Part shown: positions 34,991-45,147 of the stretch, piece by piece
Layout of the letters: every line of letters begins with the position of its first letter
How positions within the stretch are numbered: position 1 is the first letter of the stretch
Source: a phage
NCBI GenBank assembly: GCA_028522875.1
Contig: GCA_028522875.1_3659.1
Reading direction: 5' to 3' (one strand)
DNA: 64,000 bases
Notes under the pieces: generated by a model
What the model was told of the DNA's origin: nothing
Seen by the model: the letters and a program-made list of their open reading frames with translations, nothing else
The model's database searches: none
Position numbers and translations under genes: made by a program

Positions 34991-37900
34991 ATGGCTGATA
35001 TTAAAGTTGTCAGAATTGAATCTCTTCCTGCCACTACCGCAGTGACAGAGGATGATTACCTGGTTGTTCAACAACCAGACCTGACTCGTCGTGTAAAAAT
35101 TGGCGATGTTGTCCATGTGGATGGGACTGTTTCTCATGTAATCTCCTTTAAGGAAGGTGGTAAGTTAAACGGCCCAATGGATTTTGCCTACTTCGAAGAG
35201 GAAGACCTCTACCTGCGTTGGAAAGGCGAATTTCCGCACACCGTTCCTGCACTATCTTCACCGTACTCCGATGGTGGGATTACTGATGCTGCATGGATGG
35301 TATATACAGATCCATCATTAAGAGAGGAGCTGGAATCAACTATTGGCGCATCCATGATTATGACAGCTGAAGGTCAGTCTGTCCAGGATGTAATGGATGT
35401 TACAGTTAAGACCGCCAACGATGCTAAAGCACTTGCACAGCGGGTAGATTTTGGTACCGTGCACACTGTAGGCGATGTTATTCACCTTGTCAATTTTGTT
35501 GGCCCTGCAGTTATTGAAGAGGGAAGAACTACTAACTACCCTTCCGTAGCAGCTGGTGAAAAATTCCTGAACGGTGTGGTATCTCGTCGTGATACTACAA
35601 CTGTTGATGGTATTTTCCGTGGCGCTACCTCCGGAGCTATGTATACCATTGCAGTAACCAACGGTGTAGCAACAACAAAAAGAATAGCACTTCGTGATGA
35701 ATTTAAACGCCTAGAGGCAAACAACCCAACAAGAACCGTTATTCGTGCTGGTGATGATGTAAACACAGCCGGGTACTTGCAGCTTGATGCAACAGGTCGT
35801 TGGGGCATGTGGAACCAACAGACATCTTCATGGCAACCTCTTGCTATAGAGCAAGGTGGTACAGGTGCCAGAGATGCCGCAGGTGCACGTATTAATTTAG
35901 GAGCTTTTTATAAACAACGTGCAGCCCTTGAGGCAAATTTCAATATTAACAATTTGACTGGCAATCAGGATGGTGTATACTACCAGCCCATGACTGCCAA
36001 TGCCACCGAGGCAAATGGTTACCCAGCAGGTTCTGGTGCTGGTCACCTGATTGTTTGGCAGAACAATGCTAACGGCGGTGCAGGTTGTCGTCAGGAATAC
36101 TATCCATTCTCTAACGTAGATGTTTGGTATTTGAGAACCTATCAGGCCAACACAAATCAGTGGACTGCATGGCAGCCGATGGTCAGACCTCGTAACGATG
36201 ATACCTTCAGATCTCATATCGGCCTTGGTAAAAACAACTCACCAGCCTTCGGGCACCTTTACTTAGCTCAATACTCTGGAGATGTTAAATCTGCCTCAGG
36301 TATTCTCCATGGAGATAAATATAATACTGATGGTGTTCTTGAGCATGGTTATAGGATCTACTCTGAGGTAAGAAACGACAATAAGGCTTGGTTGACAATC
36401 CACCTGCACAAAGGTGCAAAAGGATCTGAAACCCATAGATATTTAGGTTTCCGCGAAGACGGCGTGCTAGACTGCCCTAAATATATGCAGGTTGGGGATC
36501 TTACTGGTCAGCTGACAAACTGGGGACTCGGAGAGTGGATCCGTAGTTCAGGAGCAGAAAGAGGCTTCTGGGGATCCAAGAAAGCCGCCAAGATGGTCAT
36601 CTGGGATGGTGGGATGGATGAATCCGGTAACGGCACTCTGGAATGGGGTGTTTATAACAACCGGAAGGCCAAGTGGGAACCTTTACCGCAAGCCGCAGGT
36701 GGTACTGGAGCTACAACTTTGGCAGAGGCTCAGAATCTGTTTAGAGTTCCTATAGCTGCAGGCGTAAAAGATTTCTTAACGCTGCCAAGAACCGCAGGGA
36801 TGGAAGATGGGAAATACTACCCGATTATAGTTAGAACAGATCCGTATTATGCTCCAACTACTGGCACCGATATTACCATAGTTACTAGGTCGTCATCTGG
36901 TGGTGACCCCATGAACTGTGCTACCTTACAGTGTCATTATAGAACTGGTGGGTGGACAGATAGAGGGGACTCTTTCTACGGAGTAGTAAATTTCTACCAG
37001 AATGAAAAAGCAATTCTTGGGATGGTTGCTCCAACAAGGGGTAAACAAGAATATGTTGCTTTCTATGCAGAGGCGCGTGCTTTCCCTGTCAGCATATACG
37101 CAAGTAGAAATGTTTTAGAGGTGTTTACCAAAGAACAAGACTACCAGGTTGGTTCTGTAACAAACAATCAGGACGGTGTTAAGTTTTGTGCTCCGTTAGA
37201 GTCAGCAGACTTAAATCTTGCGATAAAGGGTGATAATGTAACTAATACCAGACCTCTTGCGGAGTTTAAAGGAACATCAGGTTTTTACACAGGCGGTGGT
37301 ACTCAGTGGCACTACATCGGCACACCTGAACGCTATGCGGTGATGAGTAAAATGACCATGCCTAAAGTTGAGCTATGGGCAGATGGTATCGACTACCTAT
37401 GCCCTGGTAGTCAGACCACAAGGAAAGCACTGTTCTCTAATGCTGGATTCCAGGCAGCATCTGAAGGTACAGAGGACTTAATTAACAACACATTTACTTC
37501 CAAATGCGGCAAGGGTGCAGGTCTGAAAGGCCAGTCAGAGTTCAGGTCTACCCCAGAGGCTGGACAGGTAATTGTCAGAGATGTTGTTGGTTCCGCACAT
37601 AAGTTCTTTAACTTCAACAAAGACGGCACATTCTACCCTCCTGGCGGTTATGTTTGCCAGACAGGTGCGGATTGGAACAATCAGTTTGGTAACACAAACC
37701 CGTCAAAAATAATGGCTGGTAATGTTAACGGACCTGAAGGTTCCATGGTTGTAGCAGGGTTGTCGGTTGGTTTTTCTGGAAATTATGCATTCCAGATGGC
37801 TGGTCGTCTTGATCAGTTATACACCAGGTCTATTGAGGGTGGTAATCATAGAGCGTGGAACAAGGTAATCCAACACCGTGGTCAAGGCTTGGGTAATAGC

Positions 37901-39436
37901 AATCTTAATGATTACAAAGCTGATCGTGAAGGTATTTATCATCAAGAGGCAAACTCTAACGCCACAGCCGAAAGAAATTACCCGCCTGGGCAGCAGATGG
38001 CTGGTACATTGATTGTACTCAGAAACTCTGCTAACGAGGGCACGGGCTGTATTCAGATCTACAAGATGTACCTTGGTGGAACATGGGAAAGGTATTATAA
38101 TAACACTGGTAGTGGAATGGCTTGGAGTCCTTGGAAGAGAACAAGCTTCCCGGAAAGCACAACCGCCCCAGTTATGCCTGATCTTTGGTTACCTTTGACC
38201 TCCAACTTAAAACCTGCACTTGGCGAGGGTGAGATGGTATTCTCCAGACCATCTACAGCAACATACTTTTCTAAACGTGGTGTGATGGTTACTGCCCAGA
38301 ACGATCAGCCTAGGTTTGAAAGAGATGGTCTGCTTATCGAAGGGCAAAGGACAAACCTGATGCTTAACAGTGAAGACCCGAGTAAATGGGGAGCCAGTCA
38401 ACAGATTACTGTTGGTGGTACTGTAACAAACACTAACGGCACAAAAGGTGCAAGATTTACAGTAAACACTGCATCCGGTGTGGAAACAACAGCGTTAAAC
38501 CTTGCTACAGTTCCAGCCACCAGAGGTGCCGATGTAACAGGTGCTGAGAAATTCTGTACTGGGTCTATTATTGCAAGGGGAGGTAAAGCGAACCAGAGAT
38601 TACGTGTAAGATTCGACATGTATGACGGATCCACCACAGTATTCCAAGGTGACGCTTATGTTAACCTGTCAACACTTGAAGTTAAAACAACAGGTGGTGC
38701 AGCTGGGGGAATTAAAGTAAAAGCTGAGAGATGGCAAACAGCTGGACCTGCTTGGGTAAGGATTGCCGCTACGTTTGAGGCAGTGGCCTCTGACAAGAAT
38801 ATCGGGTGCCAGTTCCAGATTTCTCCACCTGAAGGTGCTCAGCATGTTGTAGGAGATTGGGTTGATGTTGCAATACCTCAATTTGAGCTAGGTTCTTGCG
38901 AGTCCTCGTTTATTCCCACAGGGTCTTCACCTGTAACTAGAGCGGCAGATCTTTGCAAATTTCCGATGACTGATAACTTAGCACCTAGACCGTTCACTAT
39001 TGCCGCTACTGTGGATGCTAACTGGAGAGGTTGGGGAAAAGCTCCTAACGCAGCCCCTAGGGTTATAGACACAGAAGGACACCAGTCGGGCGCACCTTTT
39101 ATCCTCGGGTTTGGTTCTGCAACAAATATTGCAGAGGATGGGTATCCATATTGTGATATAGGAGGATCTAACCGTAGGGTGTATGAGATGTGTAAGGTAC
39201 GTAAGTTAAGAATGGGGTTCAGAATAAAAGATGATGGTAAAACATGTTCTTTTGCTAATGGATTGATTAGCTCTGAAACGCAATCTTCTTGGGAGTTTCT
39301 TGCAGGAGGGGCTTTTATCAGGATAGGTGGTCAAACAGCATCTGGTGAAAGACACCTGTTCGGGCACATTAAGGATATCAAGCTTTGGAACTCGTCTTTG
39401 ACCGATACGCAACTTATGATGGAGAATATTGAATAA
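34991..39436 (+). CDS. long tail fibre protein (1481 aa)
   Basis: Size; N-terminal anchor domain shared with 31688 ORF; Gly/Thr/Asn-rich beta-rich composition; GGAGAAAG RBS. Confidence 0.55.
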   Translation: MADIKVVRIESLPATTAVTEDDYLVVQQPDLTRRVKIGDVVHVDGTVSHVISFKEGGKLNGPMDFAYFEEEDLYLRWKGEFPHTVPALSSPYSDGGITDAAWMVYTDPSLREELESTIGASMIMTAEGQSVQDVMDVTVKTANDAKALAQRVDFGTVHTVGDVIHLVNFVGPAVIEEGRTTNYPSVAAGEKFLNGVVSRRDTTTVDGIFRGATSGAMYTIAVTNGVATTKRIALRDEFKRLEANNPTRTVIRAGDDVNTAGYLQLDATGRWGMWNQQTSSWQPLAIEQGGTGARDAAGARINLGAFYKQRAALEANFNINNLTGNQDGVYYQPMTANATEANGYPAGSGAGHLIVWQNNANGGAGCRQEYYPFSNVDVWYLRTYQANTNQWTAWQPMVRPRNDDTFRSHIGLGKNNSPAFGHLYLAQYSGDVKSASGILHGDKYNTDGVLEHGYRIYSEVRNDNKAWLTIHLHKGAKGSETHRYLGFREDGVLDCPKYMQVGDLTGQLTNWGLGEWIRSSGAERGFWGSKKAAKMVIWDGGMDESGNGTLEWGVYNNRKAKWEPLPQAAGGTGATTLAEAQNLFRVPIAAGVKDFLTLPRTAGMEDGKYYPIIVRTDPYYAPTTGTDITIVTRSSSGGDPMNCATLQCHYRTGGWTDRGDSFYGVVNFYQNEKAILGMVAPTRGKQEYVAFYAEARAFPVSIYASRNVLEVFTKEQDYQVGSVTNNQDGVKFCAPLESADLNLAIKGDNVTNTRPLAEFKGTSGFYTGGGTQWHYIGTPERYAVMSKMTMPKVELWADGIDYLCPGSQTTRKALFSNAGFQAASEGTEDLINNTFTSKCGKGAGLKGQSEFRSTPEAGQVIVRDVVGSAHKFFNFNKDGTFYPPGGYVCQTGADWNNQFGNTNPSKIMAGNVNGPEGSMVVAGLSVGFSGNYAFQMAGRLDQLYTRSIEGGNHRAWNKVIQHRGQGLGNSNLNDYKADREGIYHQEANSNATAERNYPPGQQMAGTLIVLRNSANEGTGCIQIYKMYLGGTWERYYNNTGSGMAWSPWKRTSFPESTTAPVMPDLWLPLTSNLKPALGEGEMVFSRPSTATYFSKRGVMVTAQNDQPRFERDGLLIEGQRTNLMLNSEDPSKWGASQQITVGGTVTNTNGTKGARFTVNTASGVETTALNLATVPATRGADVTGAEKFCTGSIIARGGKANQRLRVRFDMYDGSTTVFQGDAYVNLSTLEVKTTGGAAGGIKVKAERWQTAGPAWVRIAATFEAVASDKNIGCQFQISPPEGAQHVVGDWVDVAIPQFELGSCESSFIPTGSSPVTRAADLCKFPMTDNLAPRPFTIAATVDANWRGWGKAPNAAPRVIDTEGHQSGAPFILGFGSATNIAEDGYPYCDIGGSNRRVYEMCKVRKLRMGFRIKDDGKTCSFANGLISSETQSSWEFLAGGAFIRIGGQTASGERHLFGHIKDIKLWNSSLTDTQLMMENIE

Positions 39437-39768
39437 TGAAAGAGCTTACGCTGGGCTTTAAGGGAAGAAGTGAGTTTGAAGATCTCATGGAGGAGATCGG
39501 GTTTGCCACTGATGAGGATTTGCAACAAAAGGTCTTTGTAGAGGTTGTTGGTTTTATTTATAAAGAGACCGATCAAACTTATGAGGAAGAAGATGAGTTT
39601 GGTAACGCAGTATCATATCCTGTCGTTGTTCGTAGTGATATGTTCTATGTAGACCTTCTTATCCTGGACCAATCTGCCGTCGATGTTGTGACCAAATGGG
39701 GTACAGTTATCGAAGATCCTGGAAGACCTAATAGGTTCTCAACCCCCGCAGTAACACTGGAGGAATAA
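39436..39768 (+). CDS. small acidic protein, possible fibre assembly factor (110 aa)
   Basis: Start overlaps stop of fibre gene (ATGA); acidic; followed by terminator. Confidence 0.3.
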   Translation: MKELTLGFKGRSEFEDLMEEIGFATDEDLQQKVFVEVVGFIYKETDQTYEEEDEFGNAVSYPVVVRSDMFYVDLLILDQSAVDVVTKWGTVIEDPGRPNRFSTPAVTLEE

Positions 39769-39778
39769 ATAATAACCT

Positions 39779-39806
39779 AACCCCCGCATAGCGGGGGTTT
39801 TTTGTT
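39779..39806 (+). terminator. intrinsic terminator
   Basis: ACCCCCGC-ATA-GCGGGGGT followed by TTTTTGTTT. Confidence 0.7.
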
Positions 39807-39810
39807 TATA

Positions 39811-39839
39811 TTGCGTATTACCTTAAAATTTGATAAAAT
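39811..39839 (+). promoter_or_regulatory. promoter TTGCGT-N17-TAAAAT with TGa extended -10
   Basis: -35 TTGCGT 39811-39816, -10 TAAAAT 39834-39839 preceded by TGA; immediately after terminator. Confidence 0.45.
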
Positions 39840-39870
39840 AGTGAAAAGAATTATTAAACTGGGGGTTAAA

Positions 39871-40461
39871 ATGTTTATATGGGAAAGGCCACGATATCTC
39901 CCTGATATAAGGCTTGAACTTCTTGCAGATATAGTTAGGTTCAAAAGTCCATTCGGAGGAAAGGTACAGGAAGTTGTTTATGCAACACCTAACTGGAAAG
40001 GAACCCTTACTGTTGCCAATATCAGCGCCTCTCAGCTTATTGAGCTTAGAAATTTTATAGATAGTGTATATAAAGATGGGAACATATTCCTCATAAAAAC
40101 ATATGGTCACTCTGTAACAGCCAAAGAACCTATTGCTCTTGGACCAACAGGTAACGATGATTATTTGAAAACAGTTGGTTGGGAACCCAATACAGATATA
40201 GCTAGAGCTGGGGATAAAATATCTGTCAATGATGAGTTAAAGGTTGTAACATCTAATGTAAGAAGTGATGGCGTTGGTGCTGCGGTGATTAATATTCAAC
40301 CTAGGTTGAGAAACCCGATTAAATCAGGAGATACAATGAAGATCCTTACAGAGTCTCCTAAAGGAAGATTCCATATCAGGGATATTTACAAGATAAAGCA
40401 AAAAGTTGATCAGATGGTCACAGGGGACAACATAATCATCAATTTCTTTGAGGATTTTTAA
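39871..40461 (+). CDS. putative baseplate/tail tip protein (196 aa)
   Basis: ATG 39871 behind GGGGG; track TTG start 39802 lies in terminator. Confidence 0.35.
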   Translation: MFIWERPRYLPDIRLELLADIVRFKSPFGGKVQEVVYATPNWKGTLTVANISASQLIELRNFIDSVYKDGNIFLIKTYGHSVTAKEPIALGPTGNDDYLKTVGWEPNTDIARAGDKISVNDELKVVTSNVRSDGVGAAVINIQPRLRNPIKSGDTMKILTESPKGRFHIRDIYKIKQKVDQMVTGDNIIINFFEDF

Positions 40462-40462
40462 T

Positions 40463-41014
40463 ATGATTAGAGCACCATTTGATAACTTATTTTTAGAAAA
40501 ACTTGAGCAGGATCGTGTTGAGGTTATTATAGCAGCAAAACTAGAGCTGTCAACAGGGACTGTAAGATTGTGCTCAGGCACTGGCACAGTAATGATTGCT
40601 GGTCAATTGTTTGTTGGGATAGGTGGATCTGCAACAATAAGCGCTGTTACAGAAAAGGATGCTACAAACTTCGGATCCGTAGTAGCAACACTTAACGGAT
40701 TTGACCCCAAATTTGTTGGGGATTTGCTAAAAACAGAATATGCAGGATGCCGGGCCACATTGTATATAACAGCAATGGAAAATGGTCTACCTGTGACTAC
40801 AAATGGGCTGTTTGATGGCGTTATTACCGACATGGCGATCCACACAGGTGAAAATAGTGCACTATCTATCTCCATATCTTCTATCTTCAACAGTTGGCTA
40901 AAAGGTTTCCCCGCAAGATACACAGAGGAAAGCCACAGATCCAACAATGATAACGATAGATTTTTTAAATACGTTGACCAGGTTGCTAGTCGTCCAATTA
41001 TCTGGGAGGTTTAA
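40463..41014 (+). CDS. putative tail tip assembly protein (184 aa)
   Basis: ATG 40463 behind GAGGA RBS. Confidence 0.35.
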   Translation: MIRAPFDNLFLEKLEQDRVEVIIAAKLELSTGTVRLCSGTGTVMIAGQLFVGIGGSATISAVTEKDATNFGSVVATLNGFDPKFVGDLLKTEYAGCRATLYITAMENGLPVTTNGLFDGVITDMAIHTGENSALSISISSIFNSWLKGFPARYTEESHRSNNDNDRFFKYVDQVASRPIIWEV

Positions 41015-41440
41015 ATGAAGGCAAAACCACGGTGTGTGGATTGGCAAACCAAACTTTTAGAAGTTATTAACGAAGAGTCTGATAAGGTATTTGAGTGGGG
41101 AATTAGCGATTGCTGCACTTTTGCAGCTAAGTGTATTGATGCACAGTACGGTACAAACTTTATCATGGAGTTTGAGGGAGAATATAAGACAGAAATTGAA
41201 AGCAGGAGATTGTGCATTAGGAAATTTGGGACAACTTACTTGCCATCAATTTTTGATAATTTTTTGGAAAGAAGGGATTCAAAAAAGCAGGTTCAGAGGG
41301 GAGATGTTGTAATATTTACTGGTAAAAATGGACCTACAGCCGGAATTTGGTGGGGAGGAATGGTGGTATCTAAAGGTAAGAAAGGCCTTGTATGGATAGA
41401 CTTTTCCGATATTGAAGTTTTAGATGTTTGGGGGTTATAA
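41015..41440 (+). CDS. small tail protein with Cys-containing motif (141 aa)
   Basis: GGGAGG RBS; WGISDCCTFAAKCI segment; position before large fibre-like gene. Confidence 0.3.
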   Translation: MKAKPRCVDWQTKLLEVINEESDKVFEWGISDCCTFAAKCIDAQYGTNFIMEFEGEYKTEIESRRLCIRKFGTTYLPSIFDNFLERRDSKKQVQRGDVVIFTGKNGPTAGIWWGGMVVSKGKKGLVWIDFSDIEVLDVWGL

Positions 41441-41442
41441 TA

Positions 41443-44400
41443 ATGCCTATTGCGTTGGTGGACTCCATCGTATCCTCTGCAAGGTCTTCAAGTTACGACT
41501 GGAATGCTTCAAAAGCTGCTCTTGCTGACAGTTTAAACACGGTGACAACAAGAACGCTTGATAAGATTTTTGAAGGTAACAGAGCTTACCGTGGTCAACA
41601 AGAAAGAAAGCAACTATTAAGATCATCTGCCGCCCCTTGCACTGTGGTGTACGGAGAAACAAGATCCTCCGGTCTGCTATCTTTTGTTGAGCAAGATAGC
41701 AGCAAAACACTGCATACAGCAATTGTTCTTGCAAGTCATCCGTTGGAAAGTGTAACAGATATTCTTATTGATGGCAATCCAATCTCTAAGTACGGAGATC
41801 TTGTAAGCTATGAGATTCACAATGACCCTAAGGTAGCAGATCAGTACATGAGGCAGCATTGCCCGTCTTGGTCTGTAGACATGATAGGCAGAGGACTGTG
41901 CTGGATCAGGGTTAGTTTTAAATTTGACCCAAACAAATTTCCATTCGGCCTTCCTAATGTTACAGTTCTTAAAAAGGGTAAAAAGGTTTACGATCCTCGA
42001 ACAGGGAAAAATGTATACTCAAACAACGCAGCTTTGATTATCCTTGACTATCTGAGAGTTTACCTTAAATGCCCTGATAGTACTATAAACTGGGAATCGT
42101 TTAAAGAGGCCGCAAATATCTGTGACGAGATGGTGCAGAATGCTGACGGGACCAGCGAAAGAAGGTACACCATAAACGGAGAGTTTGACATGGATGAACC
42201 CCCAGCAAACATAATGACAGAAATGCTGAAAGCTTGCGGTGGTGATCTTTGTTATGTTGCTGGTAAGTACGGCCTTTTAGTTGGTGCATATTATGGACCT
42301 GCAAGATACAGGCTTGGAGAAGAATGCGTTTCAGGTGAGGTTAAGATATACCCTGAAGCGTCTTTCGATAAAAGATCTAATACAATCACGGGTAGATTCA
42401 TAAGCCCTGCAAAAGGGTATTCTGAGACAGACTTTCCTTCTGTTTTTGTCCCAGAGTGGGTGGAAAAGGACAAAGAGAGAAAAGTAGTAGATATCGATTA
42501 CAGGTTCGTAACAAGTCCGTATCAGGCCCAAAGAATTTCTGCAATCTTCTTAAGACGTGCCAGAGCTGGTAGGATTATCGAAGTTACGTGCAATATGAGA
42601 GGGTTCAAGTTTAAACCTGGTCATTATGTAACCATAGATCTGCCAAGTATTGGTGTTGTTGGTCAAGAGATGAGGGTGCTTGAGTGGGAATTTACAAAGA
42701 AAGGTGGCGTTAAGGTAAAACTACGCCAAGATGCTAAGGAGTGGAATGACGCAACAGGTCAACTCCCAGATTCTGGTGACATAGATATTCCGGTCTCTCC
42801 GTCAGGTGTTGCACAACCTCAAAATTTTAGATACTCTGTACTACAGGCTGGAGAGCTAACTCACGGCGTTTTAGCTTGGGACAACGTTGGTGCTTACGCT
42901 TATAACATTGTTCAGGTTAAGAAGAATGGTGAAATAGTCTGGACAGCACAGACTGTCGAGCAGTTTGTGAGGGTTGAGGGTCTTACCCAGGGGTCATACA
43001 CAGCCACGGTGGTAGCAACATCGTACAAAGGTGGGGTTTCTCCTGAAGCTTATTGCGAGTTCAATATTCAGGCACCAGAACCACCTGCATCTGTAGAGGT
43101 TAAGCAGGGGTATTTTGCAATCACACTTATACCTCACAGCAGAGACCTGGCGAGTGTTAGTACTCAGTACGATTTCTGGACTTCAGGCACAACACGGCTT
43201 GCAAGTACAGCCAACAATATTGTTGAGACACAAGCAACTCGAATGGGTATAGGATCCACTTGGACCTCGGAGGGTTTGCAAAACGATAAAACCTATTACT
43301 GGTATATCAGGACAACAAATGCTTTTGGTTCATCTGCTTTTGTGGAGTGTGCAGCCCACTGTTACACATCCATAGAAGATCTTATGCCACAGATCGATGC
43401 TGAGTTCAAAAAGACAGAGACTTACAAAGAGCTTACCGCCAATCTCGATAATGCAGTCAAGGAAATGGATAAAAATGTTGGTGCAGTCAATGACCGTGTT
43501 ACTAGCATTTTTGAAGAGCTTGGTGATACAATAGAGGGTGTTGTCAGAGAGACGACAGAAAAATTTACAGGGGTTAATGGAGAAATTTCTGCCCTTAACA
43601 GTAAGCTGGTAGCAGCTCAGCAATCCTTTGACGATAAACTTGCAGCAGAGTCTGGTAGGCTTGGGTCACTAATCGAGACAACAAATAGATCAACCGTTGA
43701 TCTTGTTAATCGTAAAACTCAAGCATTGAGTGAGCAAATAACTGCAACTCAAGGTACTCTGCGGGAAGAGTTGAAGAACACTGAGAGCAAACTTAACTCC
43801 TCTATTCAAGAAACCAACAAGGCAACAACCGATCTGCTAAATAAGACTACGGAAGCTATTAAGCAGGATCTGGTGGCGGCTACAGGGAAGATTACCAAGC
43901 TGGAAGATGATGTGCAGAAAGAGGTTGCCAATCTGCAAGCATCTATTCAAGAAACTAATAGTACAACAGTTGATCTTGTTAATAATACAGCCACAGCGAT
44001 CCGTCAAGAACTTACCTCTGCAAAACAAGAAATTGTTGACGAAATGGGTAATATTGATGAGCTTAGGGCTACAGTATCTAATACCTCTAAAGCTGTAACA
44101 ACACTTGAGGGTAAAATAGATGCTCAGTGGGGAGCTAAGATTCAGGTTGACAGTCATGGTAATAAATATGTTGCAGGTATCCAGCTGGGCATGGAGGGGT
44201 CTGGGGGACAAGTTCAATCATACTTCATGGTTAGTGCAAACAACTTTGCGGTATACAACCCCGGAAACGGAACAGCAACCCTTGCTTTCGCAATCAAGAA
44301 CAACCAAGCGTTCTTGAAAGACGCTTTTATAGAGAATGGCACGATCTCCTCTGCCAAGATTGCACAAGAAATTTCGTCAAACAACTACGATGGCAACGGG

Positions 44401-45042
44401 TACCATAAATACGGTTGGTATATTAACAAGAACGGGCATGCCCAATTTATGGATGTGTGGGTGAAAGGCAACATTAACGCCAGTTCTGGTAACTTCACAG
44501 GGGCAGTTAACGCCACTAGTGGTACCTTCCGTGGAGATGTTTATGCCAATAATGGTAGCTTTAGAGGCACCATAGATGCAACCGGAGGTACATTCCGTGG
44601 TCGTGTAGAAGCTTCTGTTATCCGTGCTAACCAGTTTGAAGGTGCAATTGTTGCACACAGGACTTACGGAGATTGTGCTCCAGTATATAACTCCCAGCAG
44701 AGGGTTTGCCGTTGGAGGTGGAGATACGTAGATAACGTTTCAGGTCAAGGTAAGAACGTAACATTCTTCTTTAAACTGAACGGTACTCGTGCCAACTCCC
44801 AACTAAATGCGTGGATAGCTGGTCATCAACTCCTTGCTGGCAAGAAGTACGGAAACGACAATGATGGCATGTGTGCAGTTGGGATAACAGGTCTAGGTGA
44901 ACAGACTATAGACATTATTATTGAAATCTACACCCCGTGGTCAACGTCAAACGTGACAGGTATTACAATATCCTGTCCTACTGTGGTTGTTAGTCGTTCT
45001 AACTCCAGCTTCCAGGGACCTTGGAACGAGTCTCACGACTAA
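41443..45042 (+). CDS. large tail fibre / host-specificity-like protein (about 1199 aa) with internal repeats
   Basis: Three tandem about 42-aa repeats (IETTNRSTVDLVNRKTQALSEQI / IQETNKATTDLLNKTTEAIKQDL / IQETNSTTVDLVNNTATAIRQEL), beta-sandwich-like region, C-terminal short G-x-F-x-G repeats (SGNFTGAVNATSGTFRGDVYANNGSFRGTIDATGGTFRG). Confidence 0.5.
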   Translation: MPIALVDSIVSSARSSSYDWNASKAALADSLNTVTTRTLDKIFEGNRAYRGQQERKQLLRSSAAPCTVVYGETRSSGLLSFVEQDSSKTLHTAIVLASHPLESVTDILIDGNPISKYGDLVSYEIHNDPKVADQYMRQHCPSWSVDMIGRGLCWIRVSFKFDPNKFPFGLPNVTVLKKGKKVYDPRTGKNVYSNNAALIILDYLRVYLKCPDSTINWESFKEAANICDEMVQNADGTSERRYTINGEFDMDEPPANIMTEMLKACGGDLCYVAGKYGLLVGAYYGPARYRLGEECVSGEVKIYPEASFDKRSNTITGRFISPAKGYSETDFPSVFVPEWVEKDKERKVVDIDYRFVTSPYQAQRISAIFLRRARAGRIIEVTCNMRGFKFKPGHYVTIDLPSIGVVGQEMRVLEWEFTKKGGVKVKLRQDAKEWNDATGQLPDSGDIDIPVSPSGVAQPQNFRYSVLQAGELTHGVLAWDNVGAYAYNIVQVKKNGEIVWTAQTVEQFVRVEGLTQGSYTATVVATSYKGGVSPEAYCEFNIQAPEPPASVEVKQGYFAITLIPHSRDLASVSTQYDFWTSGTTRLASTANNIVETQATRMGIGSTWTSEGLQNDKTYYWYIRTTNAFGSSAFVECAAHCYTSIEDLMPQIDAEFKKTETYKELTANLDNAVKEMDKNVGAVNDRVTSIFEELGDTIEGVVRETTEKFTGVNGEISALNSKLVAAQQSFDDKLAAESGRLGSLIETTNRSTVDLVNRKTQALSEQITATQGTLREELKNTESKLNSSIQETNKATTDLLNKTTEAIKQDLVAATGKITKLEDDVQKEVANLQASIQETNSTTVDLVNNTATAIRQELTSAKQEIVDEMGNIDELRATVSNTSKAVTTLEGKIDAQWGAKIQVDSHGNKYVAGIQLGMEGSGGQVQSYFMVSANNFAVYNPGNGTATLAFAIKNNQAFLKDAFIENGTISSAKIAQEISSNNYDGNGYHKYGWYINKNGHAQFMDVWVKGNINASSGNFTGAVNATSGTFRGDVYANNGSFRGTIDATGGTFRGRVEASVIRANQFEGAIVAHRTYGDCAPVYNSQQRVCRWRWRYVDNVSGQGKNVTFFFKLNGTRANSQLNAWIAGHQLLAGKKYGNDNDGMCAVGITGLGEQTIDIIIEIYTPWSTSNVTGITISCPTVVVSRSNSSFQGPWNESHD

Positions 45043-45046
45043 CCTT

Positions 45047-45075
45047 TAAAGCCCCGCTTCGGCGGGGTTTATTTT
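45047..45075 (+). terminator. intrinsic terminator with TTCG tetraloop
   Basis: AAAGCCCCGC-TTCG-GCGGGGTTT followed by ATTTTTAT. Confidence 0.7.
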
Positions 45076-45085
45076 TATGCTCAGA

Positions 45086-45114
45086 TTGACTATTGTTACA
45101 AAATTTGGTAAAAT
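45086..45114 (+). promoter_or_regulatory. promoter TTGACT-N17-TAAAAT with TGg extended -10
   Basis: -35 TTGACT 45086-45091, -10 TAAAAT 45109-45114 preceded by TGG. Confidence 0.5.
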
Positions 45115-45147
45115 ACCTTGTAGAGATTTTCATACCGGAGGAGTGAC

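Noticed and set aside
41443-45042. Assigning this ORF as a lambda gpJ ortholog, and the phage as siphovirus-like
   Set aside because: Resemblance rests on repeats and general architecture only; the upstream 458-aa/157-aa pair looks more like sheath and tube. Left as fibre/host-specificity-like without orthology claim.
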